Source: Octopus vulgaris
Lineage: Eukaryota
DNA: 64,000 nt
Reading direction: 5' to 3'
NCBI GenBank assembly: GCA_951406725.2
Contig: OX597820.1
Location: 34,410,001-34,474,000, forward strand
The notes under the pieces are model-generated. The model did no database searches. It was not told the origin of the DNA and saw only the letters and a list, made by a program, of their open reading frames with translations. Both the position numbers and the translations under genes were made by a program. Each line of letters opens with the position of its first letter. Position 1 is the first letter of the stretch. This document shows, in pieces, positions 1 to 14,965 of the stretch.

Positions 1-2220
1 AAATATATATATATATATATATATACATTTATATACACCGTTAGCAACAGAATGTCTCTTTGCTAACGATAGCTGCAATAATTAGCGGATTAAAATACAT
101 TAAAATATTGCCAGGAATATCTTTGCACGTGTGCACACACACACACATGATGTATAATGCATTTTTTATTTTTACCAGATATCGATATCTATATTATTTA
201 GTAGTAGTAGTAGTAGTAGTGTGAACTATCTTAAAATATTGACCGCTTATATATATGTCTAGAGAATTATGTTCACACACACATAGTTACATAGCAACTC
301 AGTTTCCTTCCGATATTTCTGGTTTCAATGGTTAGAAACACAAAATACATTCCAGTACTGACCACATATTCTTTTATTCTTTTACTTGTTCCAGTCATTT
401 GATCATGCTCCTGCTGGGGCATTGCTTTCTAGGATTTATTCAGTCAAATTGACCCCCGTGTTTCTTCTTAAGTCAGGTACTTATTCTCTTCGTTTCTTTT
501 CGCTGAACTGCTCACTAAGTGGGGGAGGTGACGTAAACAAACCAACACCAGTTGTGATGTGGTGAGACACGTATACACATGTACATGAGTGCAGGCATGG
601 TTGTGTGGTCAAGGAGTTTGCTTCCTAATCACAAGGTTTCTGGTTTAGTCCCACTGTGCAGCACCTTGTTCTGTGAGTGGATTTACTTGATGGAAACTGA
701 AAGAAACCCATTGTGTGTGTGCATATGTGTGTGTGTGTGTGTGTGTGTGTGTACATGGCACTCTCTCAGTTATGATGATGCTGGTTCCAGTTGATCTGAT
801 CTCTGCTGCCTAAAAGAAAGGAAATGTATTTAGCACTAGATATTATGTCTGAATAAAGGAAAGGGTGGTTATAGCAGGAATGTCTTTGAGCATAGATCTA
901 TTTGATAAGGGATGACCCAAGGCTAAACAGCAATTCTATGTGTGTGTTTGTATGTATGCCTCTCATCATCATCGTTTAACGTCCGCTTTCCATGCTAGCA
1001 TGGATTGGATGGTTCAACTGGGGTCTGGGAAGCCAGAAGGCTGCACCAGGCCATAAATGAATAAGAATGAATATGGGTGATATAGTGAAGGCATGGCCTA
1101 GTGGTTAGACTGTTGCACTCATGATTGCTAGATCACGGGTTTGAATCCCAGACCAGGCAGTGCATTATGTGCTTGTGCAAAACACTTCATTTCATGTTGC
1201 TCCAGTCCTCCTTTGGATCAGTGGGGAATGTTGGCCTGCTCGCCTAGCCAGCAGGGTGGCATAATTTGAAGGCTAAAACAATGCAAAGCACATTGCGACC
1301 AGTGACATAAAACAACACTTGATGGTCTGGTCAGTCATATGATTACGTGGGTGATATAAATATATAGATGAGTGTTGGTCTCTATACTCACAACACGTGT
1401 TTTGAGAAAGAAAATAAATACCCTCTATAGTCATCACCAGTGCTTTATGTCTGCTGTTCCATGCTGAGATGGGCTGGATGCGGTAGTGTAAGAGAGGGTA
1501 TCTCAGGCAGCACTTTTATGAAAGCTTGTTTGCTGTATAAGCTTCTATCTGCTTCATGGGCCAGGTGGAGGAGTTAAATTCATGGGCTACCCCATTACCA
1601 CCACCTCCATAACCCAGGTGGCATGCCCTCCAACTATACCATCAGCTGGACAGTTTCCTGAGGCAGTGTTTCTTTATCTTTATAAAAGCTGGATGCCCCT
1701 CCTGTTGCCAATTCCATTATTCATCTCTTAAAATACACATGGACACAGTGTACTTAATTCTAAAATGCTGTGCTAGAAGTAGCAGCCAAACCTCCCTTAA
1801 ACCATACTCTACTAGCTTAATCTTTTATCATTCAACCCAGCCATGTCAAGCCAAAATATTCTACATTTTATGTTCAAACCAGCCAGATACAGCCTTTCAT
1901 ACTTAATCTACAATGTCCTTCTAAAAATAAGCAATCACATCATATAAGATTTGATTATCATACAAGATAATCCAAGTTTAACTCAAAACAATGTAAGTCT
2001 CAATAAGCTTTACATTTGACAGAATAACCTGAATGCTAAAGGGTTAATAATACAAACACTTTATTTGACGGTTTACAAAGCGTCAAGCATATGAAATGCA
2101 CCTCTGTTGTAGCTGGTTCTTTTCTTGAACCTCAAACATCAATGATCTGATTTTGTGTATAAGATGCAGGCTGATTTTGTGGTACCTTTTTTTTGAAGAA
2201 AATGAAAGTGCATCCTTTAA

Positions 2221-2441
2221 CCCTTTTGTTACTGTATTTATTTTGAGATGCTCTGTGTTTCTTTCCATTACTTTAAATATAACAAAGAATTTAGCCAAAT
2301 AACCTAGTTATCATTAAGCAAGTGTTAGGAACATAAATTGTGACTAAGGTTTGGTGGAAGATTTTAATTCAGAACTTTTGAAAACAAGACATTTGTACCA
2401 CAGAGCCAGAGCCAGTTTCAGCCGGGTTGGTATCAAAAGGG
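2221..2441. mobile_element. piggyBac-type MITE
   Basis: TTAA on both sides (2217-2220, 2442-2445) and TIRs CCCTTTTGtTAC...GTAtCAAAAGGG; no coding capacity. Confidence 0.75.
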
Positions 2442-2458
2442 TTAAGCTGTCAAATATG

Positions 2459-2620
2459 TTACTTTTCTTCTTTAAACCAACTCGGACATTCCCTAACGAT
2501 TGACCGCCTATAAGCGCTGTCACCCATAGCAGCAGGCAGATTTTCCAACATTATTCCACTATTTTGTATCAGTTGTTTGATGTATATGTGAATTGAGGTC
2601 TTCTTTTCTGCCTTTAGCCA
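2459..2620 (-). mobile_element. Degraded 3' end of an RTE-like LINE ORF2
   Basis: Translation YIKQLIQNSGIMLENLPAAMGDSAYRRSIV resembles the 'Y.D.L..DTG....L...M.DR..WR..V' C-terminus of RTE-clade elements. Confidence 0.4.
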
Positions 2621-3269
2621 TGAGTAGGTTTCCATAGCAACCACTATATGTTATACAATAGATACCAGTGTCCTAAATTCATTATGTTGGGATGGGATGG
2701 GATGGGGGAGGAAAGACAGGATGGTCACAGCTGGAAATCCTTTGATCATAAAGTCAATTCGATTCGATTAAACCGTGGAGTTTGAACAACTACAATAATC
2801 GGCAATGAACTACCACTTCATCTAATGAAATATTTATCTCTTGTCTGCTTAACGACTTTACTAACAAACACTATGTGATCACTTAATCTGCAAGAAATAA
2901 CAGACAAATCTTTCTTTTAAATCACTTCTGATAGGCTTAAAGAAAAGAAGGGTATGCTGGATATTGTTACTCTAAATACATTGTACGAGAGAATGAAATT
3001 GGATGGGTGGTTAAGGTTGGAACATATGTGTGCTCATATGTTCCAACCATGCCCATTCCAACTTTTTTTGGTTTTTGGTTTTCTTTTCTTTTTATTGGGA
3101 TTTGTGGGATGTTTAGTTGCTAATGTTTCCATAATTTCTAACATGTTTCTAGCATAGAGGCTTCCCTTGTTTAACCCTAGGTCCGTGATAGTCAGAAGAG
3201 GGAGGGGCAGTGCCCTCCTATGCTGGTGGTGGAAGGGTTGATGAAGTTTATCCGGAAAATCTGCAGGCC

Positions 3270-4250
3270 TCGTTGATGATGACGATGGTAGCTATAGAGA
3301 TGATGATGGTAGTGAAGATGATGGTGGAGGCAATGGTGATGATGGTAATGATGGTTGACTGATGATGATGGGAATGATTCTGATGGTGGTAGTAATGATG
3401 GTTGACAATGATGATGCCAATGCTTTTGATGATGGTGGTGGTAGTGGTGTTGATGATGGGTATCATGGCGATGATTGTGATGATGCCAATGTCGCTGATA
3501 GTGATGGGAATGATGATCACAATAAGTTAACAGTGATGCTATCGCTCTTGCCACTGATGATGGTGATCATGGCAATGATGATGATGATGATGCTGATGAT
3601 GGCTAATGATGAAGAAGATGACTGTCTGTGTTAGAATGAATAAGAGTTTGAAATGGCTGAGGGCACAATTCCTTCATTGAAATTAAGTGAGGATTACGAA
3701 AATGTATTATCTGTGTATGTGCATTCTCTCATGCGAGTACGCATTTTACAAGGGACCACTGCCCTCCTCCTCCTCCACCTCCTCTAGTTTTTCAGTAACC
3801 ATGGTTACTGTAGTCATCATTGTCTGGCCAAACTTCTCTTCCAGACTTTACAGGAACTTTGGTATTTCCGACATAATGCTGTCTGCTATCTCTTCTACCA
3901 TCACCACCACCACCATCACTACCACCACCAATCTCCTCATCGCCTCCGTAATACAACAATTTACCAGAAATATTCAGTGGTGGTGATGATGGTCATGGTG
4001 GCAGTGGTGGTGATGGTCGTGGTAGTGATGCTGAGAGCAATATTTGTGATGGTGGTGGTGGTAGTTGTGATTATGGTGGTCACAATGGCAGTGATGATAC
4101 CGCTTGTGGAGGAGGTGGTGATGATAGTGATGATGGTCGTAGTAATGCTGATAACAATGATGGTGGTGGTAGCTGTGGTGGTGGTGTGGTGGTGGTGGCG
4201 GTAGTAATGATATAGATGCTAGTAGTTATAGGTTATTTAGTGTTATTAAA
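3270..4250. repeat. Degenerate (GAT/GGT)n triplet fields with an intervening (ACC)n tract
   Basis: Runs of gatgatggt at 3270-3620 and 3977-4250, and accaccacc near 3895-3930. These explain the His-, Met- and Val-rich spurious ORFs. Confidence 0.85.
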
Positions 4251-5694
4251 GTGATGATAGGTCAGGGTAGATTGAGCAAAATGGAATAATGTGTGTGTGT
4301 GTATCTATATAAGTATAGAGATAGGTGTGTATACACGCATGCACACACACAGATTTTTGGAACAAAGGATTTCAAAGCACATAAAACTATAAATACCATC
4401 TTAATATTGGTTTGAAAATTTCTTTGGATAAAAAAAAAAGTTGAAAGCTGCCAATGAGATTTAAACCCACATCTCCATTAGAAATGGCTGGGTGGTTAAG
4501 AAGCTTCCTCCCACTCACTCGGTTCGACATTCAATCCCCACTGCAAGGTACCTTGGGCCAGTGTCTTGTACTATTGTACTATAGCCCTGGGCAGATCAAA
4601 GATGGAAACTAGTAGATGGAAACTGAAAGAAGCCCATTGTATATATTTATATACTCTTTACTTGTTTCAGCCATTTGACTGCTGCCATGCTGGAGCACTG
4701 TCTTTAGTCGAGCAAATTGATCCCAGGACTTATTCTTTGTAAGCCTGTACCTTACTTATTCTATTGGACTCTTTTGCCAAACTGCTAAGTTACGGGGACG
4801 TAAACACACCAGCATCGGTTGTCATGTGATGTTGGGGGGGGGGAGACAAACACAGACGCAAAAACACACACACACACGCAAAAACACACACACACACACA
4901 TATATATGACGGGCTTCTTTCAGTTTCCGCCTACCAAATCCACTCACAAGGCTTTGGTCGGCTCGAGGCTATAGTAGAAAACACTTGCCCAAGGTGCCAC
5001 AGAACCATGTCGTTGGTAAGCAAGTTACTTACCACATAGCCACTCCTGCGCCTATATACATATGTATATATGTGTTGTGTTAGTGCCATGGATGTTGAAA
5101 TGATGATGATGATACATATGCATGCACACACACACGCAAGTCACAAGGCCTGAAATTTTCTGGAGAAGGAGTAAGCTGATTTCATTGACCCCAGTGCTCA
5201 ACTAGTGGAGATGTGTGGCTTATTGGTTAGGGTGTTGGACTCATGACTGTTAGATTGTGGTTTTGATTCCTGGATTGGGCGATACGTTGTGCTCTTGATC
5301 AAAACATTCAATTTCACGTCGCTCCAGTTCACTCAGCTGTCAAAAAAGAGTAATCCTATGACGGACTGGCGTCCCACCCAGGTGGAAAAATATATATGCC
5401 ACAAAACCAGGAAATTGGCCTTTATATGTTGGCATTGACTTGAAACGGTAACTTTACCTTTACCAGTGCTCAATTGGTACTTCTTTTATTGACTCTGAAA
5501 GGATAAAAGACAAAGTTGACCTCAGCAGAATTTGAACTCAGAATATAATGATTTGGAAGATATGCTGCAAAACATTTTGTCTGAGGTGCTAATGACTCTG
5601 CCAGCTCATTGCCTTCAAGTACACATTAATGATAAGATGCTGTTCTAGCAACACAGGCCACAGTCCAAGCCCATCCATACACACTAATTTTCTC

Positions 5695-5717
5695 ATATAT
5701 ATATCATCATATGTATG

Positions 5718-5779
<62 letters not shown>

Positions 5780-5855
5780 TAAATAAATAATTTTACCCTC
5801 ACGGGATATCCTTTACTGGAAAGCAATACTCTCGTATTGCATTACTATTTTCATA

Positions 5856-5928
<73 letters not shown>

Positions 5929-6036
5929 TGTATACATATATATATCATCATCATCATATGTATATATATATATATATAAATATGTATACATATATATATC
6001 ATCATCATCATATGTATATATATATATAAATATCTA

Positions 6037-6074
<38 letters not shown>

Positions 6075-6226
6075 TGTATACATATGTATATCATCATCAT
6101 CATATGTATATATATATATTTATATATAAATATCTATCTATACATATGTATATCATCATCATCATATGTATATATATATATTTATATATAAATATACTAT
6201 CTATACATATGTATATCATCATCATC

Positions 6227-6272
<46 letters not shown>

Positions 6273-6391
6273 TATATAAATATGTATACATATGTATATC
6301 ATCATCATCATATGTATATATATATATTTATATATAAATATCTATCTATACATATGATATGTATATATATATATTTATATATAAATATCTA

Positions 6392-6431
<40 letters not shown>

Positions 6432-6470
6432 TGTATACATATATATATCATCATCATCATATGTATAGAT
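5695..6470. repeat. AT-rich compound minisatellite
   Basis: About ten tandem units of tatcatcatcatcatatgta(ta)n-aatat(gtataca/ctatcta), ending about 100 bp before the RARS1 acceptor at 6570. Confidence 0.85.
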
Positions 6471-6569
6471 AGATAGATATCTTATGTCATATCTTGCTTT
6501 CCATTTTATTTCACCAATTTCCTCTCTCTCTTCTTTCATCTAATATCCTCTGTCCTTTTTGTTTCTCAG

Positions 6570-6675
6570 GAAGAAATTCAAGACCAGATCTGGAGACACG
6601 ATACGTCTTCAGGACTTACTCCAGGAAGGGGTCCATCGTGCTGAATTGAAACTGAAAGAGAAGGGACGTGATGAG
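6570..6675 (+). CDS. RARS1: Cytoplasmic arginyl-tRNA synthetase, internal coding exon (first one inside the window; upstream exons lie outside)
   Basis: Acceptor ttttgtttctcag| and donor |gtaaat. Translates (K)[34 protein letters not shown]; KFKTR is the KMSKS-equivalent motif of eukaryotic ArgRS. 106 nt, phase 2 in, phase 0 out. Confidence 0.95.
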
Positions 6676-8883
6676 GTAAATATATATATCTTTCCTTTTA
6701 TATATACATATATATATATGTGGCACAGGCATGCTGTGTGGTAAGAAACTTAATTCCCAACCACATAGTTCTGGGTTCAGTTCCACTGTGTGGTACTTTG
6801 GGCAAGTATCTTCTACTATAGCCTCGGGTCGACCACAGTCTCATGAGGGGATTTGGTGGACAGAAACTGAAAGAAGCTGGTTGTGTGTGTTTGTTTGTGT
6901 TTGTCCCCCTATCACCACCTAATACCTGGTGCTAGTGTGTTTGTGTCCCTGTAACTTAGCAGTTCAGCAAAAATCACCGATAGAATAAGTATCAGGCTTT
7001 AAAAAGAATAAGTCCTGAGATCGATTTCTTCAATTAAAAAACCCTGTAAGGTGGTGCTCTAGCATGGCTGCAGTCAAATGACTGAAATGAATAAAAGAAT
7101 AAAATATGTACATACATATATGGTATTGACCAGACTATCTGATTTTGTTATACATCACTGGTTACCTTGTGATTTGCATTGTTTTAGCTTTCGAATGATG
7201 CCATCCTGCTGGCTTGGTGAGCAGACCTGATTGGAAGGCTATTCCATTACAGGGGCTACCCATTTACAGCTGAGTAAACTGGAACAGCATAAAAGGAAGT
7301 GGTTTGCTCAAGAACACAATTTGCCACCCTGTCCAGGAATTGAACATGCAATCTAGCGATCATGAGTGCAACACCCCCTAACCACTAGGCCACATGAAGT
7401 CGAAGGCTGCCTTTGACTATTTCTATCTGAAAGTATTTTATCCAACCCTATATTTACCATCTTATTATTTATAGCATTATGTGCTTTGAAATCCTCTGTT
7501 CCAAAAAAAATGTAATTTCACATCCTCTCAAATATTTAGAAATTCTTATGATGTCAACGCATCTATGTTTGTGCATGTGTGTGTGTGTGTATTTATTTAT
7601 GCATGTGTGTATATGTGTGTTTGTTTACATTTGCACTTCTCCGAAAATGGCTGAACTGTTAGTGGCATCATCATTATTGTTATTCCCTCTGTTAGCTTCA
7701 AAAACATGAGGAATAAAAGAGATCAAAAGGATCCCCCTACATGAAAAATAGTTCAGGGCTTGTAGTAGGCAGGGCGTGCAACTGTAAAACAATGCCTTGA
7801 TAATACATACTAGCAGGATCTGTGGAAATTCTACCATGTAAATCTGCATATTTGAATATCTATTCTCCCTTCTGCCGATGTACGTATCTTTCTATTCACA
7901 GAATACCGATAAGCATTTAAAACCTAATAACACCAAAGCAATTTTTAAAATATAAAAATATAATAGTGTTGCTCCTGCACGGCCACAGCCTTTGGTGTGG
8001 AACATATAAAAGATAAAAGGTTTAACATTTACAGCTATTTGTTAACTAAAGTTATTTGACTTTAATTGAACTATCTATTGATGTAACTTGTAATGCATAT
8101 AAATTCATAGATTTTCATGACAATGCTTCATAATGTTAAACACTTTTATTGTGTCTGCTATTTGAGCACACAAATACAGAATAATATGGGCCTTCTCCCT
8201 CTTTCTCTTGTGTTTTTTGTCTTTCAGATTTTTTTCACCTGTTCCACTATTTCTGTTTCTTTGTATTCCCTTTTCCCCCCTACTTTTTATATATCTTTCT
8301 CTGAGTTATTACTTCCCTTGGTGTAACACATGGACAAAACAGCCTGACTGCAGGAGCAACATGAGTAATATTATAATCCTTCTAACCCATGACAGCATAG
8401 TTAAATGAATGTAAAAATGAACCAGTAATTTTCGTAGGACAAATTGTCTTCATTGTTTAGCTTCAGTTCTCTGTACACTGAGTTCAATCCCACTGAAGTC
8501 AACTTTCCCTCAGAGTACCTGTACGGAATGCCTGCTTGACTGAATTCAGAGGTGTATGAGTTGTTGTTCAAACACACACCCAGGTATGTATACACATAAA
8601 CATACACTTGCATACATACACACTCACACACACAGATACACTCAGCAACTTTATCATACAAAAATAAATGCATTTATTTTTGCATGATATGCACACACTT
8701 TCACATATGAACATATGCACACACACACACACTTCTACATATAAATATATAAACATACACCTTTACAGGTAAATGCATTCATACTTTCACATATAAACAA
8801 ATATACTTACACAGACATACAGTAAATTATATACAAGCACATACAACTTTACATACTCATGTGTACAAAACATGGATATAAAC

Positions 8884-8922
<39 letters not shown>

Positions 8923-9639
8923 TAGGGAGGCATATACACACTAACATACAGAGATGCAGATATGCACTAACTTACATTCTAACTCATTCATCTGCACACT
9001 TGTGCATACACACACGCACACACATACACACCTGCATACATCCACATGCATCCAGTCAGACAGATGTGCATACACAGACATATACACCCAGACACTCATC
9101 TGCACACAGACACATACAGATGTGCACACGTACACACCAACTCATTCATACGCGTATACACTGACATATATGTGCATTTAGCGAATGCACATACACACAC
9201 ACACATGCACAGTTGCTCTGATGTGCAGTAAGCATGGCAGAGAACTGCTTAGATGTCTGTCTGAATTGCAATAGATGCAAGGAATCAAATACAACAGATC
9301 AAACATGTGCATAGCATTGCAATCAGAGATGCTGTGTGAATGGCACGGTAGAGACGGGTGGGTGGGTTAAGGGAGGGAGAGCAGTGTGAGGTGGGGTTGG
9401 GAGGAGCAAAGGGCACGATGGGGAGGCACAGGGCAGAAGAGAGCAGGAGATTTTTGAGTGGCGAGTTGGGTGTCAGGAAAGAAAAAGAATGCACTGAAAG
9501 TGTGTATGTGTGCACATATACGTGTGTGTGTGTGTGTGTGTAAACAAATGAAAGAAAAATATATATAAATAAAAGAATATATATATATAAACAAATAAAA
9601 ATTATATATACACACAAACAAAAAATATATATTTATCAC

Positions 9640-9716
<77 letters not shown>

Positions 9717-9918
9717 AAAGATATATATATATGTAAACAAATGAAAGATATGATATATATATATATTTACATATATATACACACACACACATACATAGGC
9801 AAAAGATATATTTATATATATAAACAAAAAAAGATATATATGTTTAATATAAATATATTCATACACATAGTATATGTGTGTATCTATAAATGTATATGTT
9901 TTTGTGTGTGCATATATG

Positions 9919-9960
<42 letters not shown>

Positions 9961-10998
9961 CACACATACGAATATTATGTATGTGCTTATACATGTGAAG
10001 TGGGTATCCACTTTTTTGTGTATGTATATGTTTACCTGTGTGTGCATGTGTTTGTGTCAGTGAATGAGCAGTGTATGTGGTGCTTGCTTATGTATGAATG
10101 CATATTTCTATGTGTATACACATGTGTGTATGTGTGTGTTTTCATATACATATGTTAGTGTTTGTGTGTTGCTCTGAGTGTATGCGTTATGTACATGTGT
10201 GTACATTAGAGAATGCATTCAGAAATTATTGTCTCTATGTATGACTTCGTATCTTTATATGTGTACCCCTGTATGTCAACTGTGTGTATGGGTACATATG
10301 TGTATATGTGCATGCCAATAAATATATACAGATGTTACTCTGTATACATGTATGTTTTCATGTGTATGTATGTATATATGTATGTATGTGTGTGTTTGTG
10401 TGTGCATACAAATATTAGTATGTGCATGATGTGTTTGTATGCATGCATACATAATTTCTTATGTGCTTGTGTGTGCATTTGTATGTTAGGATGTGTGTGT
10501 GTCTGTGTGTCCACATTTTATGCTTATATGTGTGTGCACGATTAACACTTATGCAAACATGTATGTGAGTTTGTGTTAGTATGTGTAATTTTTTTTTTTA
10601 CGTCTGTGTACAAGGAGCTGAGGTAGGAATGGTACTGTGATGTACGACCAAAGAATGCTTTTGATGGAGGTGGAAAGGAGGGGGCTACGCAGGTGAAGAC
10701 AGTGCATTGGAGGTGGTGGTGTGGGAGTCAGAGGAATAGACAGTTGAAGTATTTGGAGAAAATGATGATGATGATGATGATGATGATGAAGAGGAGGAAG
10801 ATGAAGGGTAGTACAAACCCTGTTGGGGTGGTTTCCAAGCTAAAGGGTTGTTGTAATAGTAGTAGTAGTAGTGTAGATAGAAGTCTTAGGCTGACGTGGG
10901 TGGAGAAGGAGGTATTTGAAGATAGTGCAGTGATGATTGTTGTTGGTGGTGGTTATAGCCATATTGATTGGTGTGTGGTGAATAGGGGAGTACACACA

Positions 10999-11052
<54 letters not shown>

Positions 11053-11087
11053 TACACATATTTATGCATATATATATACACACATAT

Positions 11088-11134
<47 letters not shown>

Positions 11135-11346
11135 CATACATACATATATATATATAAATATATGCATACACACACACATATATATATACATATACATATA
11201 TATATATATATATATACATACATGCATACATATATATATATATATACATGCATATATATATATATATATATATATATACATGCATATATATATATAAATA
11301 TATACATACACACACACACACACACTTTATATAAATATATAATAAT

Positions 11347-11379
<33 letters not shown>

Positions 11380-11435
11380 AATATACACAAAAAAAAAAAA
11401 AAAAAAACATGCATATATATATATAAATATATACA

Positions 11436-11469
<34 letters not shown>

Positions 11470-11477
11470 TACACATA

Positions 11478-11552
<75 letters not shown>

Positions 11553-12214
11553 AAAAAAATATATATATACATATATATATATACACGCATACATATATAC
11601 ACATGTATGTATTATATTCCCAGGTATATTTCAAAAGATTTCTTTCAAATCAAATCATTTCGAAGATTGGAGAATAAGGTAAGGATGAGGCTGGGTGTGG
11701 GCGGCAAAGAGAAGTGTGGCTGAGGGAATGGTGGGAATGGAAGAAGGAAAAGAAATAGGAGAAGGTTCGATAGCAGGAAAGGAGATATGGTAAAAGAAAA
11801 AGAAAAGATAAAAACAAAAACCAAAAAAAAAAAAAAAAACTGGTGTGAGAAGGAAAGGAGAAAAGAAGAAACAAGTTATGATGAAGTGAGAGGAAAAAAG
11901 AGGGAAAAGAATGAGAGAAGGAGAGAAGGAGATTTATAAGGAATGAAAAATGCATATTGGAGAGAGAAAGTATAAGCCCTTGTCAACTTTACTCGTTTGC
12001 TTTTCACTCTGGGCTGTCTTTTCTGCTTCTCTCCAGCTGGATTTCTGCTTCCTTGTAGTTTCCTTTTAAATTTTGCTGCACTGTGTCATATGTTTCTTCA
12101 AGGGAGGCCTTCCTCTCTCTGGCCTTGTTGGTTATGAATTGTTGTTGAAACTTCTGTTACTTTGCTTTTTTTTCTTAGGTAAAGGTGTTGGACCTATGCA
12201 ACCCCATATTTACT

Positions 12215-12350
12215 CCTGGGAAGATGTGGTCCATATTTGTCTGTCCTCTGTCCTTTGACCTGTCCAGTGTGAGAGACCCTCCCAGCTGCTTGTGCTCCAT
12301 TGGCATAGCTATCTGGGTCATTGAGGCACACAAGCTGCCACATCATAGCT
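12215..12350 (-). mobile_element. Fragment resembling an RTE (Rex3/Expander-like) 5' UTR
   Basis: Minus strand reads gtggcagcttgtgtgcctcaatgacccagatagctatgcc...gggagggtctc...ggacaggtcaaagg...cagacaaa, recalled as typical of RTE leaders. Not verified by search. Confidence 0.35.
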
Positions 12351-12554
12351 AGGACTGGACCATGTGGTGGACATATACAAATATACATATACCATGTTTG
12401 TCTATAGGTAGTGCAAGTATTTTGAAAATACCTCACAGTGACGGCCATGCCCTGCATTGTTACAGATTGTCATTTGGCAAGGCATGGCACCTGTCCAGTC
12501 ACCCTGCCAGGGATATGAAGTCATTAGTCTGCAGCATGGTGGATTGTGAAGAGG

Positions 12555-12975
12555 CAGTAGGAGCAAATTGGCAGAATCGTTAGCACGCCGGGTGAAATGC
12601 TTAGTGGTATTTCGTCTGCTGTTACATTCTGAGTTCAAATTCTGCCGAGTTCGACTTTGTCTTTCATCCTTTCGGATTCGATAAATTAAGTACCAGTTAT
12701 GCACTGGGGTCGATGTAATCGACTTAATCTGTTTGTCTGTCCTTGTTTGTCCCCTCTGTGTTTAGCCCCTTGTGGGTAGTAAAGAAATAGGTATTTCGTC
12801 TGCCGTTACGTTCTGAGTTCAAATTCTGCCGAGGTCGACTTTGCCTTTCATCCTTTCAGGATCGATAAATTAAGTACCAGTTATGCACTGGGGTTGATGT
12901 AATCAGCTTAATCCCTTTGTCTGTCCTTTTTTGTCCCCTCTATGTTTAGCACCTTGTGGGCAATGAAGAAATAAG
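12555..12975 (+). mobile_element. SINE family B copy with an internal tandem duplication of about 185 bp
   Basis: ggtatttcgtctg...ttctgagttcaaattctgccgag...cccttgtggg occurs twice (about 12606-12790 and 12790-12975). The central gcctttcatcctttcggggtcgataaattaagtacc resembles the MetaSINE domain. Confidence 0.75.
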
Positions 12976-13849
12976 TAACTTTGTTTAAAGTGAAGAAGAC
13001 CTGCACACCATCAACCTCTGTCTCCCATCCATGACCATCCTTAATCCAAGTAACAAGACCTGGCTAAGATGACTGAAAATGGCAAGAGATTCATTGGATG
13101 ACTAAGATGTCTTACTTGCCTCATCTTGCTCTCTGCACTTCACATTGCCTTGCTTCTGTCGCTTTCCTCTCTGTTGAACCATGAAGGCTTATCCATAGAG
13201 TCTGCCAGATCCAGTCTTCCCACACATAAGTAGGCAAGCCTTAATAAACTAATTACCCTATAGCTGGGATCCTGAAAGGTGTTACTACTCCATGTCAGAG
13301 TTGACCTAAGAACGATTATGGCTAAGAGGTAGTTCCATACTTCTCAAAACTCTGCAACTCCCAAATCAGGGCTCCGCTACCAGAGTCATATGCTGGACAC
13401 ATGTATTTATATATATAGGGTCTGTGTCAGTCAAGAGCCCTGTGTTTACACAGGTATGCACAAACTTGGACAAGACCTTTTGAGGAGAACTTTGCTGTAA
13501 CCCATGAATGAAGGTTCGTTCTACCCATGCCACCAATGTTTGTCCAAGGGAAAGGTCACTAGTTTAAGCTAGTAGACCTTGATTTCAGTGTTGTGGGCAT
13601 TTCTGTCAAAGCTCAAATAACCAGATCTGATACCCAAAGGCATCTTGTCTGACTTTTGCCAATCCATTGACCCCTAAATTGGAAGTTTTTTTTTTTTTTT
13701 TCTGTTAACCCCACTGTAAAAATAGAAAGCAAAGTTGACTTCTCTTTTGTTAGGATTTGAACTTAGAGCACAGAAAGTTGCAACAAATACTGCCAGGCAT
13801 TCTATTCAGTGTATTAACAACTGTATGTGGAAGTATTATTATTTTTGAA

Positions 13850-14835
13850 GACGGCAAGCCAGTAGAATCATTAGCATGCTGAGCAAAATGCTTAGTGGCA
13901 TTTCATCTATCTGAGTTCAAATTCCGCTAAGATCAACTTCGGCTTTCATCCTTTCAGGGTCAATAAAATTTAGTACCAGTTGACCTTTGGGTTCAATGTA
14001 ATCAACATACCCATGCCCCCAAAATTGCTGCTCTTGTGCCAAAATTTGAAACCATTCTTCTTCTTCTTCATGATCATGATGACGACGACAACGGCGTAGT
14101 AGTAGTAGTAGTAGCAGTAGTAGTAGTATGGTGAGCTGGCAGAATTGTTAGCGCACCAAACAAAAATGCTTTGTGGCATTTTGTCCGTCTTTACACTCTG
14201 AGTTCAAATTCTGCCGAGGTTAACTTTGCCTTTCAACCTTTCGGGGGTTGATGGAATAAGTACCAGTTGAGCACAGGCTATCAATGGAATCGACTTACTC
14301 TTGCCTCCAAATTGTTCGCCTTGTCACAAAATTTCAAGCCATTATTACTATTATTATTATTGGTGAGCTGGCAGAATCTTTAGCACACTGGACGAAATGC
14401 TTAGTGGTATTTTGCCTGTTGCTACTTTCTGAGTTCAAATTCTGCTGATGTCGACTATGTATACTTTTATCTCATTTCACTGTCTTTTCCATTTCTGTCT
14501 CCCCGTCCTTTACGTAAGTCCCCACACAAATTGTTGTCTGTCCTTGTGATGTCAGCTTCATCTATGCCTCTGTGGCTAATAAAAGTAGTTATCGTTATTA
14601 TTAATATTATTGTAAAGGCAGCTAGCAGGCAGAGTTGTTAGTACATTGGGCAAAATGCTTAGTGGCATTTTGTCTGTCTGCTCATTCCAACTTCAAATTC
14701 CACTAAGGTTGACTTTGCCTGTCATCCTTTTGGGGTTGATAAATTAAGTACCAGTGAAACACTGGAGTTGATGTAATCGACCAGTCTCCTCCATAAAATT
14801 TCAGGCCTTGTGCCTTTAGTAGAAAGGATTATTAT
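13850..14835 (+). mobile_element. Cluster of four same-orientation SINE B copies
   Basis: Copies starting near 13850, 14128, 14360 and 14615 (ggcgagctggcagaatcgttagc...gagttcaaattc...aaaatttgaaacc), separated by (TTA)n or (TAG)n. Confidence 0.8.
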
Positions 14836-14885
14836 TGTTAGTAGTAGTAGTAGTAGTAGTAATAGCAGCAGCAGTAGTGGTGGTG

Positions 14886-14918
<33 letters not shown>

Positions 14919-14929
14919 ATAGCAGCAGC

Positions 14930-14965
<36 letters not shown>

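Noticed and set aside
3192-3634. His-rich and Asp/Met-rich ORFs suggesting a metal-binding protein
   Set aside because: A degenerate (GAT/GGT)n repeat open in several frames on both strands, lying in a RARS1 intron.
5799-11634. Numerous long YIYI, CVCV and HTHT ORFs here and throughout the ORF track
   Set aside because: Translations of TA, CA, TG and TATG microsatellites, which lack stop codons by composition. No splice or homology support.
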